Below the pieces are notes generated by a model. The model did not search any database, had not been told where the DNA came from, and saw nothing but the letters and a program-made list of their open reading frames with translations. DNA of 63,988 nt, counting the filler, from Octopus bimaculoides (lineage: Eukaryota), in assembly GCF_001194135.2 (NCBI RefSeq). It is 5 parts of 5 records of this genome, joined end to end, with 100 filler letters (N's around TTAATTAATTAA, not from the genome) between each part and the next. Parts side by side here need not be neighbours in the genome. Positions count along the whole stretch, not along the records: positions 31,110 to 46,139 come from NC_068995.1; positions 46,240 to 62,165 come from NC_068984.1; 3 more parts are not named here. One strand, 5' to 3'. Every line of letters begins with the position of its first letter. Positions within the stretch are counted from its first letter, which is position 1. Below, one piece after another: positions 36,793 through 50,630 of the stretch. Made by a program: the position numbers and the translations under genes.

Positions 36793-37915
36793 TCGATAAT
36801 TTTAGCTTATCAATATAGGCACATACACAATCTCACATACATACACATAGACACACACACATACATACATTCGAACATACATATATATATACATACACAC
36901 ACGCACACACACATATACATATATACATACATACGCAAAGAGATTAAGAGCTACGCATATATACACACTATATGTATACATAAATGCATTTTTGTATGTT
37001 GTGTGCGTGTGTAAATGTGTGTAAATGTGTGTAAATGTGTATAAATGTGTGTGTATGTATTTAGAGAAACAGAGAGAAATAGAAATACATAGATATGTCT
37101 GTGTGTGTATGTATGTGTGTTTGTGCACAAGCTTTCATGTATATATTTGTGTGTGTGTGTGTGTGCATACGTACATATATTTGTAAGTATGTACGTGTGT
37201 GGGCGGTTTATATATATATATATATATACTATCTTAGTAAGAGAAAATGAGAGAGAGAGAAAGAAAAAGAGAGTGAGAAAGAAAGTGAGTGAGCCAGAGA
37301 GAGAGAGAGATTGAGAGTTTCCAATCTGTTAGAGTGTTAAAAATACGAAGAAGGCTCGCGATTAGTTTTGTCTTGATCAAACATTGATTACGCTCGAAAT
37401 AGAGAGTGTTAGTGATGTTGTATCAATCAGAAAAGAATTATCGATTAGTTAATCAAGACAAATGACTTGTAGCAAGCACATAATCAATGCAAACACTTAA
37501 CTTAATTAGATTGATTCAATGATCGAAAGATATTTTGTTTTTACTAATTTAAATTCGATACCAACCGTTTTCTAATCTTGTTTACGCTTGCAATTCAATA
37601 GTATTGTTGTTGTTGTTACTGTTGTTGTCTGCTGCTGTTTTTGTTAGCGTTGTTGATGTGTTTTTCCATATATTTTTGTTTGTATGTATGTGTGTATGTA
37701 TGTATGTATGTGTGTATGTATATTATAAAAATGTTTGTGTGTGTGTGTGCATGAATGGTGTATCTCTTGCTTTAGTTCTGTGGAGTGAAAATGTATATAT
37801 AATATTTATTTATTCTTCAGATTTTTATACAGACATATGTACAAACACAGTTATATACAGAGACAGACAGACAAGGAAGCCGTCGAAGACAGAGGAAAAT
37901 GTATACATACATACA

Positions 37916-37951
<36 letters not shown>

Positions 37952-38359
37952 TGTGTGTGTTTATATATATGCGTATATATATATATACATATATATATNN
38001 NNNNNNNNNNNNNNNNNNNNNNNNNNNNNNNNNNNNNNNNNNNNNNNNNNNNNNNNNNNNNNNNNNNNNNNNNNNNNNNNNNNNNNNNNNNNNNNNNNNN
38101 NNNNNNNNNNNNNNNNNNNNNNNNNNNNNNNNNNNNNNNNNNNNNNNNNNNNNNNNNNNNNNNNNNNNNNNNNNNNNNNNNNNNNNNNNNNNNNNNNNNN
38201 NNNNNNNNNNNNNNNNNNNNNNNNNNNNNNNNNNNNNNNNNNNNNNNNNNNNNNNNNNNNNNNNNNNNNNNNNNNNNNNNNNNNNNNNNNNNNNNNNNNN
38301 NNNNNNNNNNNNNNNNNNNNNNNNNNNNNNNNNNNNNNNNAGGGAGAAGGGGAGGAGAG

Positions 38360-39632
38360 AGAAAACGATAGACCGTACTTCTCTAGTACTTATAAACCCC
38401 AGAAACGAAAGGCAAAGTCGACATCGGCGCTGATTTGAACTTCGAACGTCAAGACGGATTAAATGACATTAAGAGTTTTGTTTGGTGTCTTTGGCTCACC
38501 ATTCGAACTTCTATCGAAGAGGCTGAAAGATATTGGAATTGAGACTCGCATTGTGGACATGCACAAAAGTGTAATCCTGCAAGAATCCCGAAAAGATATT
38601 CTCGAGATTGGAGGAGGCTGGTTGACTCCAAGCCTCATCCTTGTTAACCAATGTAGCATGTAATAGCTTGAATAACAGTGGTTTCAAATTATGCCGCAAG
38701 AATTTTTCTGATCGGTGGAAATTGGTCAGTACCATCAACTATTTCATTTCACTGCTCTTATATTTTAGAGATTCCGAAAGTATGGAAAACAAAGATGGAT
38801 TTCAGCGTTATTTAAAATCCGAATGTAGAAAACCGGAACAAATGCCACTAAGCATTTTGACCGGCGCAGTAATGATTCTGCCAGTTCGCCATCTTAAATT
38901 TGAAGCCACTAAATTCTGTAAATGGTTTCAAATTTTGGCGGTGAGTGTTTGAGAGTAGGGGGGAGTCAATTACATTAACCCCCACTATTACTTAATTGGT
39001 ATTTATTTTATCGACTCCTCCTGGTGGAATCTGATCTCAGATCATAAAAACGAAACAAATCATGTCGCCAAGCATTTTGTCCGGCGCGGTAACAATTTTA
39101 CCAATTTGTCGTCTTAGGACCATTCTCTTGGGGTTTTCAAATTTTGGCACAGGATCAGCAGTGTTTGAGAGGAGAGGGGAATCAATTACACTGACTGCAA
39201 GAATTTGAACTCAGAATGTAAAGACAGAATGAAATACCGCCAAGCACCTTGTCCCACGCTGTAGCGATTCTGCTAGCTCGCAGCCTTAGGACAATTTTCC
39301 ACCTACATCATTCGCACCACCGCTAACACCACCACTAGCACAAATACAACACCCAAGTCTTCAGCCAAATTTATTACTCTATCGTAACCATCATCGACAT
39401 CATCATCATCATCATCATCNNNNNNNNNNCCACCACCACCACCACCACCACCATCACCATCACCACCACATCAAGCAACAACATTATTACTTTCGTACCC
39501 CCCACCAACGCCCTCATCACGAATACTTGTAATGCCCTAATCGTTATCATTTAGGGCGATGTCCACTACCACCACCACCACCACCACCATCACAACAACA
39601 ACAACAACACAAATATCACCATCACGAGAGCT

Positions 39633-39664
<32 letters not shown>

Positions 39665-40415
39665 TGCTATCATCCACAGCACCGTTGACACAGGATGTTG
39701 TTGGCCAATTTAGCAGCACCACCCAAACGGAAATGAATTCCTCACTAAAGAGAAGACTAACCCTGCCTACCAAATTGTTAAATCCCTCTTCTCCGGTTAC
39801 TGCCAATCACCTGTGCTGCTGGCCTAGCAAACTGTTCATATTGCCATACGCATCGCCATCTGCCGTTCGACTACGATGTGGATGGAGTATGATGAGGGTG
39901 GTGATAACGACAGGCGACAACGATGCCGAAGACAATAATGATAATAATAATAATAATAATAATAATAATCCTTTCTGCTGATATTAGATACAAGGCCAGG
40001 AATTTTGATGGGTACGGGGATAATCGATTATATCGATCCCAGTGCCGGACAGGTACTTATTTTATCGACCATGAAAGGATGAAAGGCAAAATCGACCTCG
40101 GCTGAATTTGAGCTCTGAATATAAAGACGGACGAAATGTCGCTAAGCATTTTGTCCGGTGTGCTGACTATACCAGCTCGTTACCCCAAAAGATGATAATT
40201 CTTTATATTATAGGGACAAAGCCTGATATATGCGGGGAAAGGTTTTGTCGATTATATCGACCCCAGTGCGTAACTGGTTCTTATTTTATCGACCCCGAAA
40301 GGATGAAAGGCAAAGTCGACCTCAGTGGAATTTGAACTCAGAACGTAGTGACGGGCAAAATACCGCCAAACATTTCGTCTAGCGTGCTAACGATCCTGAC
40401 AGCTCACCGCTTTAA
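38360..40415 (-). mobile_element. Cluster of about six C-type SINE copies (38360-38460, 38685-39290 x3, 39985-40415 x2)
   Basis: Repeated ttttatcgaccccgaaaggatgaaaggcaaagtcgacctc...gaactcagaacgta...ctaagcattttgtccgg. Confidence 0.8.
38460..38640 (+). mobile_element. 3'-terminal fragment of R4/Dong-like non-LTR retrotransposon
   Basis: VLFGVFGS...KRLKDIGIETRIVDMHKSVILQ..RK.ILE resembles the PVV.GALG...L...LQK..LL.TARILRKVL C-terminus of R4-clade ORFs. Confidence 0.55.
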
Positions 40416-40786
40416 TAATNNNNNNNNNNNNNNNNNNNNNNNNNNNNNNNNNNNNNNNNNNNNNNNNNNNNNNNNNNNNNNNNNNNNNNNNNNNNNNNNN
40501 NNNNNNNNNNNNNNNNNNNNNNNNNNNNNNNNNNNNNNNNNNNNNNNNNNNNNNNNNNNNNNNNNNNNNNNNNNNNNNNNNNNNNNNNNNNNNNNNNNNN
40601 NNNNNNNNNNNNNNNNNNNNNNNNNNNNNNNNNNNNNNNNNNNNNNNNNNNNNNNNNNNNNNNNNNNNNNNNNNNNNNNNNNNNNNNNNNNNNNNNNNNN
40701 NNNNNNNNNNNNNNNNNNNNNNNNNNNNNNNNNNNNNNNNNNNNNNNNNNNNNNNNNNNNNNNNNNNNNNNNNNNNNNCATCATCA

Positions 40787-40842
<56 letters not shown>

Positions 40843-40844
<2 letters not shown>

Positions 40845-41070
40845 GGCGGTGAGCTGGCAGAACGGTTACCACGCAAGGCAAAATGCTAAGTGATATTTCG
40901 TGCGTCTTCACGTTCTGAGTTCAAATTCTACAGAGGTCGAATTCGCTTTCCATCTTTTCGGTGGTGGGGTCGATAAATTAAGTACCAGTCAAGCACTGGG
41001 GTCGGTGTAATCCACTATCTCCCTCCCCCCAAATTTCAGGCCTTGTGCCTTTAGTAGAAAGGATTGTTCT
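40843..41070 (+). mobile_element. C-type SINE, full length, inverted relative to the preceding cluster
   Basis: aaggcggtgagctggcagaa...ttctgagttcaaattc...ggccttgtgcctttagtagaaaggatt. Confidence 0.8.
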
Positions 41071-42277
41071 CATAACAAACTTTTTTTTATATCATCAGAG
41101 TGCTTCAATTTATTTTAGTGAATGCACGCAAGTAATTCCCAATATTTAACCGATATTTATTTATTTTATTTTATCTAGGGTCCACTTTAGAGGACCCTAG
41201 ATTAAAATTTCGTTTAAATAGCAAACATTTATTGCCTTTTGCTATTAGTCTTTCTTTTTCTCTTTTCTTTTCTTTTCTCCCCCCCCCCTTCAGTACCAGT
41301 CATGAAACAGCTTTCTAGGAAGTTACAAATCTAGATTCTTTAAACGCTAAGAATTCCCTGCAGATTATTGGAGTATACACACTAAGTCTCACTGCCAACG
41401 ACTGCATGCCAACAAGCGAATAATGGTAAGGATTTATTGATTATTAGGGAAGCAAAGAACAATTGAAGGAAGAAGTTATCACTGTTTCTCACTACTTCTT
41501 CATCTTCTAAGAAGCCCTGCTGCTAAACCTCCTGGCTTTTGAGGCAAAATCGATGCAATTTATTTCAAGCAGCTGAAAGTTTGACTAAATGCAACAAAAA
41601 TATGGCGGAACTAATGACATATATGAATATAGTGAACAATTACTAGTGTTCACTTACATAGATATTAACTACGTAAATGGAGCTAAAAATAGTATATAGG
41701 AAGGTGGTGAACAATCATTGCACTTACAGCCATACCTCAATTTACGTCGGTAATTGGTTTCAAGACATGCTACTTAACTCGAGAAATGACGTAACGTGGA
41801 ATAAACGTTAATTATGAAACGTTAATTATGAAACGTTAATTATGATTTTATCCAGCATATCCCCCTCTCAGATTCACACACTTATTGCTAAGGTCCTTCA
41901 GTTATTTCTAAGTCCTGTAGAAGAACTCGGAAGTTTGGGCCTCCGAGCAGGCTTTTCGCGAAACCCTTAAAACTAGGTACTTTTCAGCACCCACGTCGTA
42001 ATAGCCTGAATCCAATTTCCTTTTATTTATACCCTATTTAGAATGCAATTGAGCATTCGGGCTTTAACGAGGTCTGAATATTTGCCCTTAATCTGTATGA
42101 TGGTTACTACCGTGTCGGGCATTACATAATAACACATCTTCTTTAAGTATGGTTATGTGGGTACGTGAGTCTACGAACACACGTTTGCATATATGTGTGT
42201 GTGTGTATGTGTGTGTGCGTGCGTGCGCGTGCGTGTGTGTGTATGTGTTCTTACATACACGTGCATAAACAGTAATA

Positions 42278-42316
<39 letters not shown>

Positions 42317-43386
42317 TGTATATATATGTATGTGCATTTAGAGAATTAACATTGCTTGTATATATATATATACATATATATATAGATATATATACATATA
42401 TATATAGATATATATACATATATATATAGATAGAATAGAGACAGCTGATGAAGGGATATTCCAAGTGGCTTTCCGTTTTCCTATATGTTCGTTCCGTTGT
42501 CTGTAGTTTATTGTTCTAACGTCCTGTACCCTGATATGCATGTATATACACATGTAGATGTAAGTATGTACATATATGTGTGTATACATGTATATATATT
42601 CTTTGTATTATTATATATANNNNNNNNNNNNNNNNNNNNNNNNNNNNNNNNNNNNNNNNNNNNNNNNNNNNNNNNNNNNNNNNNNNNNNNNNNNNNNNNN
42701 NNNNNNNNNNNNNNNNNNNNNNNNNNNNNNNNNNNNNNNNNNNNNNNNNNNNNNNNNNNNNNNNNNNNNNNNNNNNNNNNNNNNNNNNNNNNNNNNNNNN
42801 NNNNNNNNNNNNNNNNNNNNNNNNNNNNNNNNNNNNNNNNNNNNNNNNNNNNNNNNNNNNNNNNNNNNNNNNNNNNNNNNNNNNNNNNNNNNNNNNNNNN
42901 NNNNNNNNNNNNNNNNNNNNNNNNNNNNNNNNNNNNNNNNNNNNNNNNNNNNNNNNNNNNNNNNNNNNNNNNNNNNNNNNNNNNNNNNNNNNNNNNNNNN
43001 NNNNNNNNNNNNNNNNNNNNNNNNNNNNNNNNNNNNNNNNNNNNNNNNNNNNNNNNNNNNNNNNNNNNNNNNNNNNNNNNNNNNNNNNNNNNNNNNNNNN
43101 NNNNNNNNNNNNNNNNNNNNNNNNNNNNNNNNNNNNNNNNNNNNNNNNNNNNNNNNNNNNNNNNNNNNNNNNNNNNNNNNNNNNNNNNNNNNNNNNNNNN
43201 NNNNNNNNNNNNNNNNNNNNNNNNNNNNNNNNNNNNNNNNNNNNNNNNNNNNNGGTTTACTCGGGTTTATTTCACTTCCTGTCAGCACACAACTTTGGAG
43301 GAATTCGTTTGTTCTTAGCGTAATTATTATTATTTTATATATTTCATCTTCGCCACCGCCGCCGCCGCCACGATGATAAACAAGCC

Positions 43387-43434
<48 letters not shown>

Positions 43435-43750
43435 GGTGGTGGTGGTGATGATCATCATCATCATATTCATCGTCGTCTTTCTCATCACACTATCACTACC
43501 CCAACACCACCTCATCTGCCACCAGTTTCATCTTATCAAAGTGATTATCACCTTCATCATCTTTATCATATATACGAACATTTATATTGATACACACACA
43601 CGCGCGTATATGTATGCATATATGTATAAGATAAATAGATAGATAGATAGATAGATAGATAGATTGACAGATATACATAAACATATATATATACACACAT
43701 ATATATGAACGCCTGTATATATATATATAGTTTCACTATTACTTCTACAT

Positions 43751-43811
<61 letters not shown>

Positions 43812-45039
43812 CATACACACATATATATACATACACACATATATATATACATACACATATATATATACATAAATAAATACATACATACATGTGTATACGT
43901 TTACTATTAATTATATACATACACACACNNNNNNNNNNNNNNNNNNNNNNNNNNNNNNNNNNNNNNNNNNNNNNNNNNNNNNNNNNNNNNNNNNNNNNNN
44001 NNNNNNNNNNNNNNNNNNNNNNNNNNNNNNNNNNNNNNNNNNNNNNNNNNNNNNNNNNNNNNNNNNNNNNNNNNNNNNNNNNNNNNNNNNNNNNNNNNNN
44101 NNNNNNNNNNNNNNNNNNNNNNNNNNNNNNNNNNNNNNNNNNNATATATATATATATATTAAATATACATTAGAGTGTTGTGCGTCTCGACATTGCACTT
44201 GTGAACAACATTTTTCTTCACACAATTCCCGTTTAGAGGGCAGTTCCTTAACCGTTAGCTAAGTGTGTCAAGGAATCATAATATGTTGGAGAAGAGACGG
44301 TGGAGTGCGGAATGATGTCGACAGTAGTGCGGTTGGGCGTGGTAGCTCGCGGTTCACATTTCGAACCTGTTGGTGGGTGGGGGGATGGCAAGGAAGATTC
44401 GTTAAGCATAGAAACTACAATATTGCATGCGATGTGGTTGGCGCTAGAAGACGATTGTTGCTGTGTGCTTTACAACCGAAGATCTTGCGTGGTAGCTCGA
44501 GCCTTTGCTAGGTGCGTAGGGTCCAAGGTTTTTCGCTTGAATTTTTTTAGAGGTAGTGATTAGATTAGGAAGGAATAATTCTATCTCTTCCTATAGATAT
44601 ATATCAGATATTAGCGACAGAGGTAGCATTAATACCGAATGACAAACCTTGTAGCCTAGTAAACGTGGCTGTATCATAGGAGCACCGTAGTGATGCAACA
44701 TTCGCTACGAGAAAGTCTCTCGTATACGCATCCAGTGCTTAAAAGTACAATGCCATCGATATCAGGCGAGAAATGCCCAGCACCAGGAGCGGAACTGTTG
44801 TATCACGGGATTTCTGTTTCTTTTTTTTTTTTCTTTTGTTATGGTTAGTTGTAAAGATATTGTTGACTCAGGTGGAACTGATACAATCCATGTCAGTTGT
44901 GATATATAAACTGTACACTAACAGCATCGTTTCTTTGTCGTGGCCGAAAGTGGAACGCGTGAGTATAATTACAAGAGCTGAGCTAATTGCAACTGTTATT
45001 GTTGTTGTTGTCGTCGTCGATGATGATGATGATGATGAC

Positions 45040-45077
<38 letters not shown>

Positions 45078-45196
45078 GGAGGAGGAGGAGGAGGAGGAGG
45101 AGGACGACGACGACGATAATGATGATGATGATGATGACGATGAGGAGGAGGAGGAGGAGGAGGAGGAGTTGGAGGACGACGATAATGATGATGATA

Positions 45197-45230
<34 letters not shown>

Positions 45231-45251
45231 CGACGATGATGAATATGAAGA

Positions 45252-45475
45252 GCTGGCAGAATCGTTAGCATGCCGGGCAAAAGTGCTGAGCGAACATTTC
45301 GTCCGTCTTTAAGTTTCTGAGTTCAAATTCCGCCGAGATCGATTTTTGCCTTTCATCCTTTCGTAGGGGGTCGATAAAATAAGTACCACTAACTAGATCC
45401 ACTGGAGGACGATGTAACCGGCTTCTTCCCCCCACCCCCACCCCACACACACTCCACTCCAAATTGCTGACCTTA
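45252..45475 (+). mobile_element. C-type SINE between trinucleotide arrays
   Basis: agctggcagaatcgttagcatgccgggc...ttcaaattccgccgag...ggggtcgataaaataagtacc. Confidence 0.75.
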
Positions 45476-46041
45476 TGTGTTGTTGTTGTTGTTGTTGTTG
45501 TTGNNNNNNNNNNNNNNNNNNNNNNNNNNNNNNNNNNNNNNNNNNNNNNNNNNNNNNNNNGTGTTGTTGGTGGTGGTGGTGTTGGTGGTGGTGGTGGTGG
45601 TGGTGGTGGTGGCGACGATGGCAGTTACCGCGTTGCAGTTGTGACTGGTGCATCGATCGTTGTTGGATCCGCATTTCTCTTGGTCTCGAGGCTGTTGTAA
45701 TTGTTGTTGGTTCTGCATCTGTTTTAGGGAACTGCAGTTGTTGTTGTTGTTGTTGTTGTTGTTGTTGGTATTGCCGTCGTTGTTGTTGTTCTTGTTCTTG
45801 TTGTTTATGGTATTTCAGTGGTTGGTAGCGGCACGCAATTATTGTTTGCCATCGCTGGTGTTGAAGTGGTTACACTAGAAAACAACGCTTGTTCTTCTTC
45901 TTGGTACTGTTGTTGCCGATACTATTGCTATTTTGTTGTTATTATTATTATTACTGTTGTTGTTGTTGTTGTTGTTGTTGTTGATGATGGTGGTGGTGGT
46001 GATGTTACTGCAGTAATTAACGTTGTTGTTGTGGTTGATGG

Positions 46042-46074
<33 letters not shown>

Positions 46075-47212
46075 CGACGATGATGATGATGATGATGATG
46101 ATGATGTTATTACAGTCGTTAATTGAATCTAGATCCACANNNNNNNNNNNNNNNNNNNNNNNNNNNNNNNNNNNNNNNNNNNNTTAATTAATTAANNNNN
46201 NNNNNNNNNNNNNNNNNNNNNNNNNNNNNNNNNNNNNNNTGTGTGTGTGTGTGTATGATTTGAATTCGAGTAAGGCCACCTCGTCCTGAAACAAGACGAA
46301 AACTCTACATCTTATAAACACAGAAACAATAAACCAAGATATATGACTGAAAAATTCGTGAATGCTATTTGATGAATCTACAAAAGTGGTGGTATTTCAT
46401 TGTAAAAGATATACTTGATACTAAAGTCATGAACACGGAATGTCCGACATGCTTTTGGTGTCTAAAATTAGATCGAGTCTCAACTTACGCAAACGTTAGC
46501 ATTGAAAACGTACTTTCCACAGAATCTTCACACTTTATTGCACAGAAGAAAACGAGATGATATTGGTACTGAAAAAGCCAACCAAGAGATACCCGTACAA
46601 ATGAAAATATACCTTATGGACGCAGCAGAATTAAATCCACTTTTTAAAAACCATTGTATTGCTAATAGTGTGTACAAGAGAATCGAGAGAACTATTAGTA
46701 TAAGACATTTCAGGGCAAATTCACAAGAAATAGGTTTGATTTTCCTGTAAAATTAAGCAAACCTTAACCAGAAGCGTCACACGTGGCCGTTCCACTCCTG
46801 AAGCCAATTATAGGGAGCTCTCAAAAATTTGGGGTACGAATTGTTGCAGTGAACGGCCATTGTCCCACAAGAAACTCCCTCACATTTTTGATAGGCGTTG
46901 TTATTTTGCTCCTTCAAAGTATTCCCGAATCCTCTTCACTTAGAAAAAAATATGTGGGTTTTTAAAGGTTTAGTCCCAAATGGCCCCGCCAAGAGAGAGG
47001 CTGTACTGGTTTACATGGTACCGGTAAGAGCAGATACATAAACGCACGCATACACATACATGCACATATATAACCATATATGTAAGACTCTTAGTCATAA
47101 ATAAATACCCATATTTTCCTTTCAATTTCTTATCAGTTACATATGTTTCCTATTCAGTTGTAATAATACACAGCCCCACCGCGTAAATGTATGCCTGTAT
47201 ATGTATATGTAC

Positions 47213-47268
<56 letters not shown>

Positions 47269-47718
47269 NNNNNNNNNNNNNNNNNNNNNNNNNNNNNNNN
47301 NNNNNNNNNNNNNNNNNNNNNNNNNNNNNNNNNNNNNNNNNNNNNNNNNNNNNNNNNNNNNNNNNNNNNNNNNNNNNNNNNNNNNNNNNNNNNNNNNNNN
47401 NNNNNNNNNNNNNNNNNNNNNNNNNNNNNNNNNNNNNNNNNNNNNNNNNNNNNNNNNNNNNNNNNNNNNNNNNNNNNNNNNNNNNNNNNNNNNNNNNNNN
47501 NNNNNNNNNNNNNNNNNNNNNNNNNNNNNNNNNNNNNNNNNNNNNNNNNNNNNNNNNNNNNNNNNNNNNNNNNNNNNNNNNNNNNNNNNNNNNNNNNNNN
47601 NNNNNNNNNNNNNNNNNNNNNNNNNNNNNNNNNNNNNNNNNNNNNNNNNNNNNNNNNNNTATATATATATATATACCCATACATAGATACTAACATACAC
47701 ATAAACTCACACACACAC

Positions 47719-47759
<41 letters not shown>

Positions 47760-48364
47760 TATCCACACACACATGGACGCACTCGCTCATATAAATCATG
47801 CAAAAAAACAAAAAGAGCAAGGAAAAAAAACGACGACAAAATTCATCCACAACACTTATCCATAACAACAAAAACAGTGACAACATCAACAGCAACGACG
47901 CAGCTATAAGTCATATCTTGATTTATCGAGCAACAATGGTGAATAGAGGCGATAAATCGTAGATTAACATGTCAGGAACATATAATAAAAAAGAATCAAA
48001 TATTTTCAGTTCTATTTTTTTTTTCTCGTTCAGTAATGCTCACACCGGCAGCGTCTGATATGTAGCAAGGGTGTAGGTAGGGACACGTTTCCTATTGACG
48101 GTTCTAGTTGCTGTGGTTGCTGTTATTGTTGTTGTTTTTGTTGTCGTTGTTTAGCCCCGGGTCAGGTCTGATAAAACAGAGTTATATCTCTGGCTGTCTC
48201 AGAGCCGTAATTATTCTGGCTTGATTTTCAGTGTAGTGTATCTAGGACTACACCATCCAATACGTCCTTTTTTAAGAGTGGTATTTGAGGGATATGTGGA
48301 ATGTATAGCATTTCATAATTATCTATTTACACTACACGAAACGCTTGTATTGTTAATCCTTCAA

Positions 48365-49745
48365 GTAAGGTAGAGCGCTAGCAGAAACGTTAGCACTGGT
48401 ATTTCGTCTGCCGTTACGTTCTGAGTTGAAATTCCGCCGAGGTCGACTTTGCCTTTCATCCTTTCGGGGTCGATAAATTAAGTACCAGTTTCACACTGGG
48501 GTCGATGTAATCGACTTAATCCCTTTGTCTGTCCTTGTTTGTTCCCTCTATGTTAGCCCCTTGTGAGCAGTAAAGAAATAGGAAACGTTAGCACGTCGGG
48601 GGAAATGCTTAGCGGTATTTCGTCTGTCTTTACGTTCTGAGTTCAAATTCCGCCGAGGTCGACTTTGCCTTTCATCCCTTCGGGGGTCGATAAATTGAGT
48701 ACCAGTTGCATACTGGGGTCGATCAAATCGACTGGTCCCCTCTCCTAAAATTTCGGGTCTTGTGCCTAGAGTAGGAAAGAATCGTTAGCATACCGGACAA
48801 AATGCTTCGCCCATTTCGTTCGTCTTTACGTGCTGAATTCAAATTTTCCAAGGTCGACTTTGCCTTTCATCCTTCCAGCATCAATAAAATAAGTACCAGT
48901 TAAGTACTGGGGTTGATGAAATCGACTTGCTTCCTCTCCTGAAATTGCTGGCCTTGTGCCAAAAGTTGAAACCAGTATTAACCATTAAGGCGGCGAACTG
49001 GCAGAATTATTAGTCCCCCGGAGAAAAAAACGCTTAGGGACATTTCGTCTGCCTTTACATTCTGACCTCATCGAGGTCGACTTTACCTTTCATCCTTTTG
49101 AAGTTGATAAGTACCAGTGAAATACTTGGGTTTGTAATCGTCTTATCCCTTTCCCCGAACTTACTGGCCTTGTGCTAAAATCTGAAATCAATATTACTGG
49201 TCTCATCCAAGGTGGTGCGCTGGCAGAATCGTTAGCATGCCGGGAAATTTGTTAACGTTCTGGGTTCAAATCCCACCGAGGTCGGATTTGCATTTCGTGC
49301 TCTCAAGGTCGATAAAATAAGCATCCCTGAATTTGCTGACTTTGTGACAATATTTGAAACCATTGTTAATCAGTCACGTAAGGCGGTGAGCTGGCAGAAT
49401 GGTGAGTGCGTCGGATAAAATGTCTTGCGTCTTTTTTTCCGGCTTTTTTTCGGTTTGTATTCAAATCTCCTTGGGGATCAGCTCTGCCTTTCATCCTTTC
49501 AGGTTCGATGGAAAATGTACCAGTCATGTACTGGAATCGATAGAATCATCCCGTTCCCCCCACAAATTGCTGGCCTTGTGCCAACATTTGAAACAATTGC
49601 TACTCATTCAAGTGATGCATCGTTAGAGCATCGGTAAAAAAAAATGCCTTGCGACATTTCTTCTATCTGGGTTCAAATTCTGCCGAAGTAAACCCTGCCT
49701 TTGCTTGGAATTGCCAAAATAAAGTACCAGTCAAGTACTGAGGCC
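48365..49745 (+). mobile_element. Head-to-tail/nested stack of about seven C-type SINE copies
   Basis: Seven recurrences of the cgttagca...ttcaaattcc..gaggtcgactttgcctttcatcc..gataa..gtaccag core, with three different 3' tails. Confidence 0.88.
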
Positions 49746-50630
49746 AATGGAATCATAATTACCAACTGGAAGTTAAGACTAGCTCCATTCTCTACAGAAG
49801 CTGTCACAATTACTTAATGGCGATTGAGATCAGTCCAATATGAGAAGGGGAGATAATCCCAAGCAGAGATTTATTGTCTGGAGGACATTCATGCGCATGT
49901 GTTTCTGCCTCAATAGACAGAAACCTTGCCATAACAACATGTAGATTAAAACCATCCTGGATTTCTCTTAGTACTAAATTTGTGTTATTGCTTTAGAGAC
50001 TTTGATATAATACGCTTAAGCAATTGTTAATGATGTAAGGAGCCCACTACCTTTTCTTATCTCTTTTAATAAGTAATTTTAAAGAATTAAAAGAAAATCA
50101 TTAAAAATACTATTCTTGTTTGTTTCCTAAAGGAAATACCAAAATCCCGAAATTCGATCGAACCATTAACTAAACCATTACGAAATCACAAACTCCGCAG
50201 GTATTAAAACGTTAATTGAGATTTTAAAAAATCCTGGATAATATTTAAAGCGAGAGAAAATTATCAAGCGAGAAATTATAAATTTTCGCCAGAAAAGTGT
50301 TTTGATTATGATATTTCTCTTTCTTGTGATGTCTGTCATGTAAGTGGAGGAAAGTAATGTAAAATTTACGATCCGGTTTCAATTCCAGTTTTTTGATTCT
50401 TTATTTTATGCACATTATTAGTTTATGGAAATGTACTTAAATTAGGGGGTGCTAGGGATACCTCCTGTATGGAGTACACATAATTAAGCAAAAGCAAATA
50501 TAGGATTATTCGAAAAGAAAGAGCAGATTGTGTCTGGCGAGAATCTGGCAAAAATACTCAAAAGTAAATTGTTTGAAACATTGTATAACATTATAAATCT
50601 TACGAATGTGTGTCGCAAACTGAAAACATA

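Noticed and set aside
39559-39981. 140-aa Ser/Thr-rich ORF as an exon of a second gene
   Set aside because: Ends are triplet repeats, the unique middle has no recognisable motif, and no compatible partner exons were found.
42441-42470. ACAGCTGATGAAGGG hammerhead-like 5' half
   Set aside because: No downstream GAAA with stem III nearby.
48365-49745. CRISPR-like array
   Set aside because: Eukaryotic DNA; the ~200-bp units are diverged SINE copies also dispersed elsewhere; no unique spacers or cas genes.
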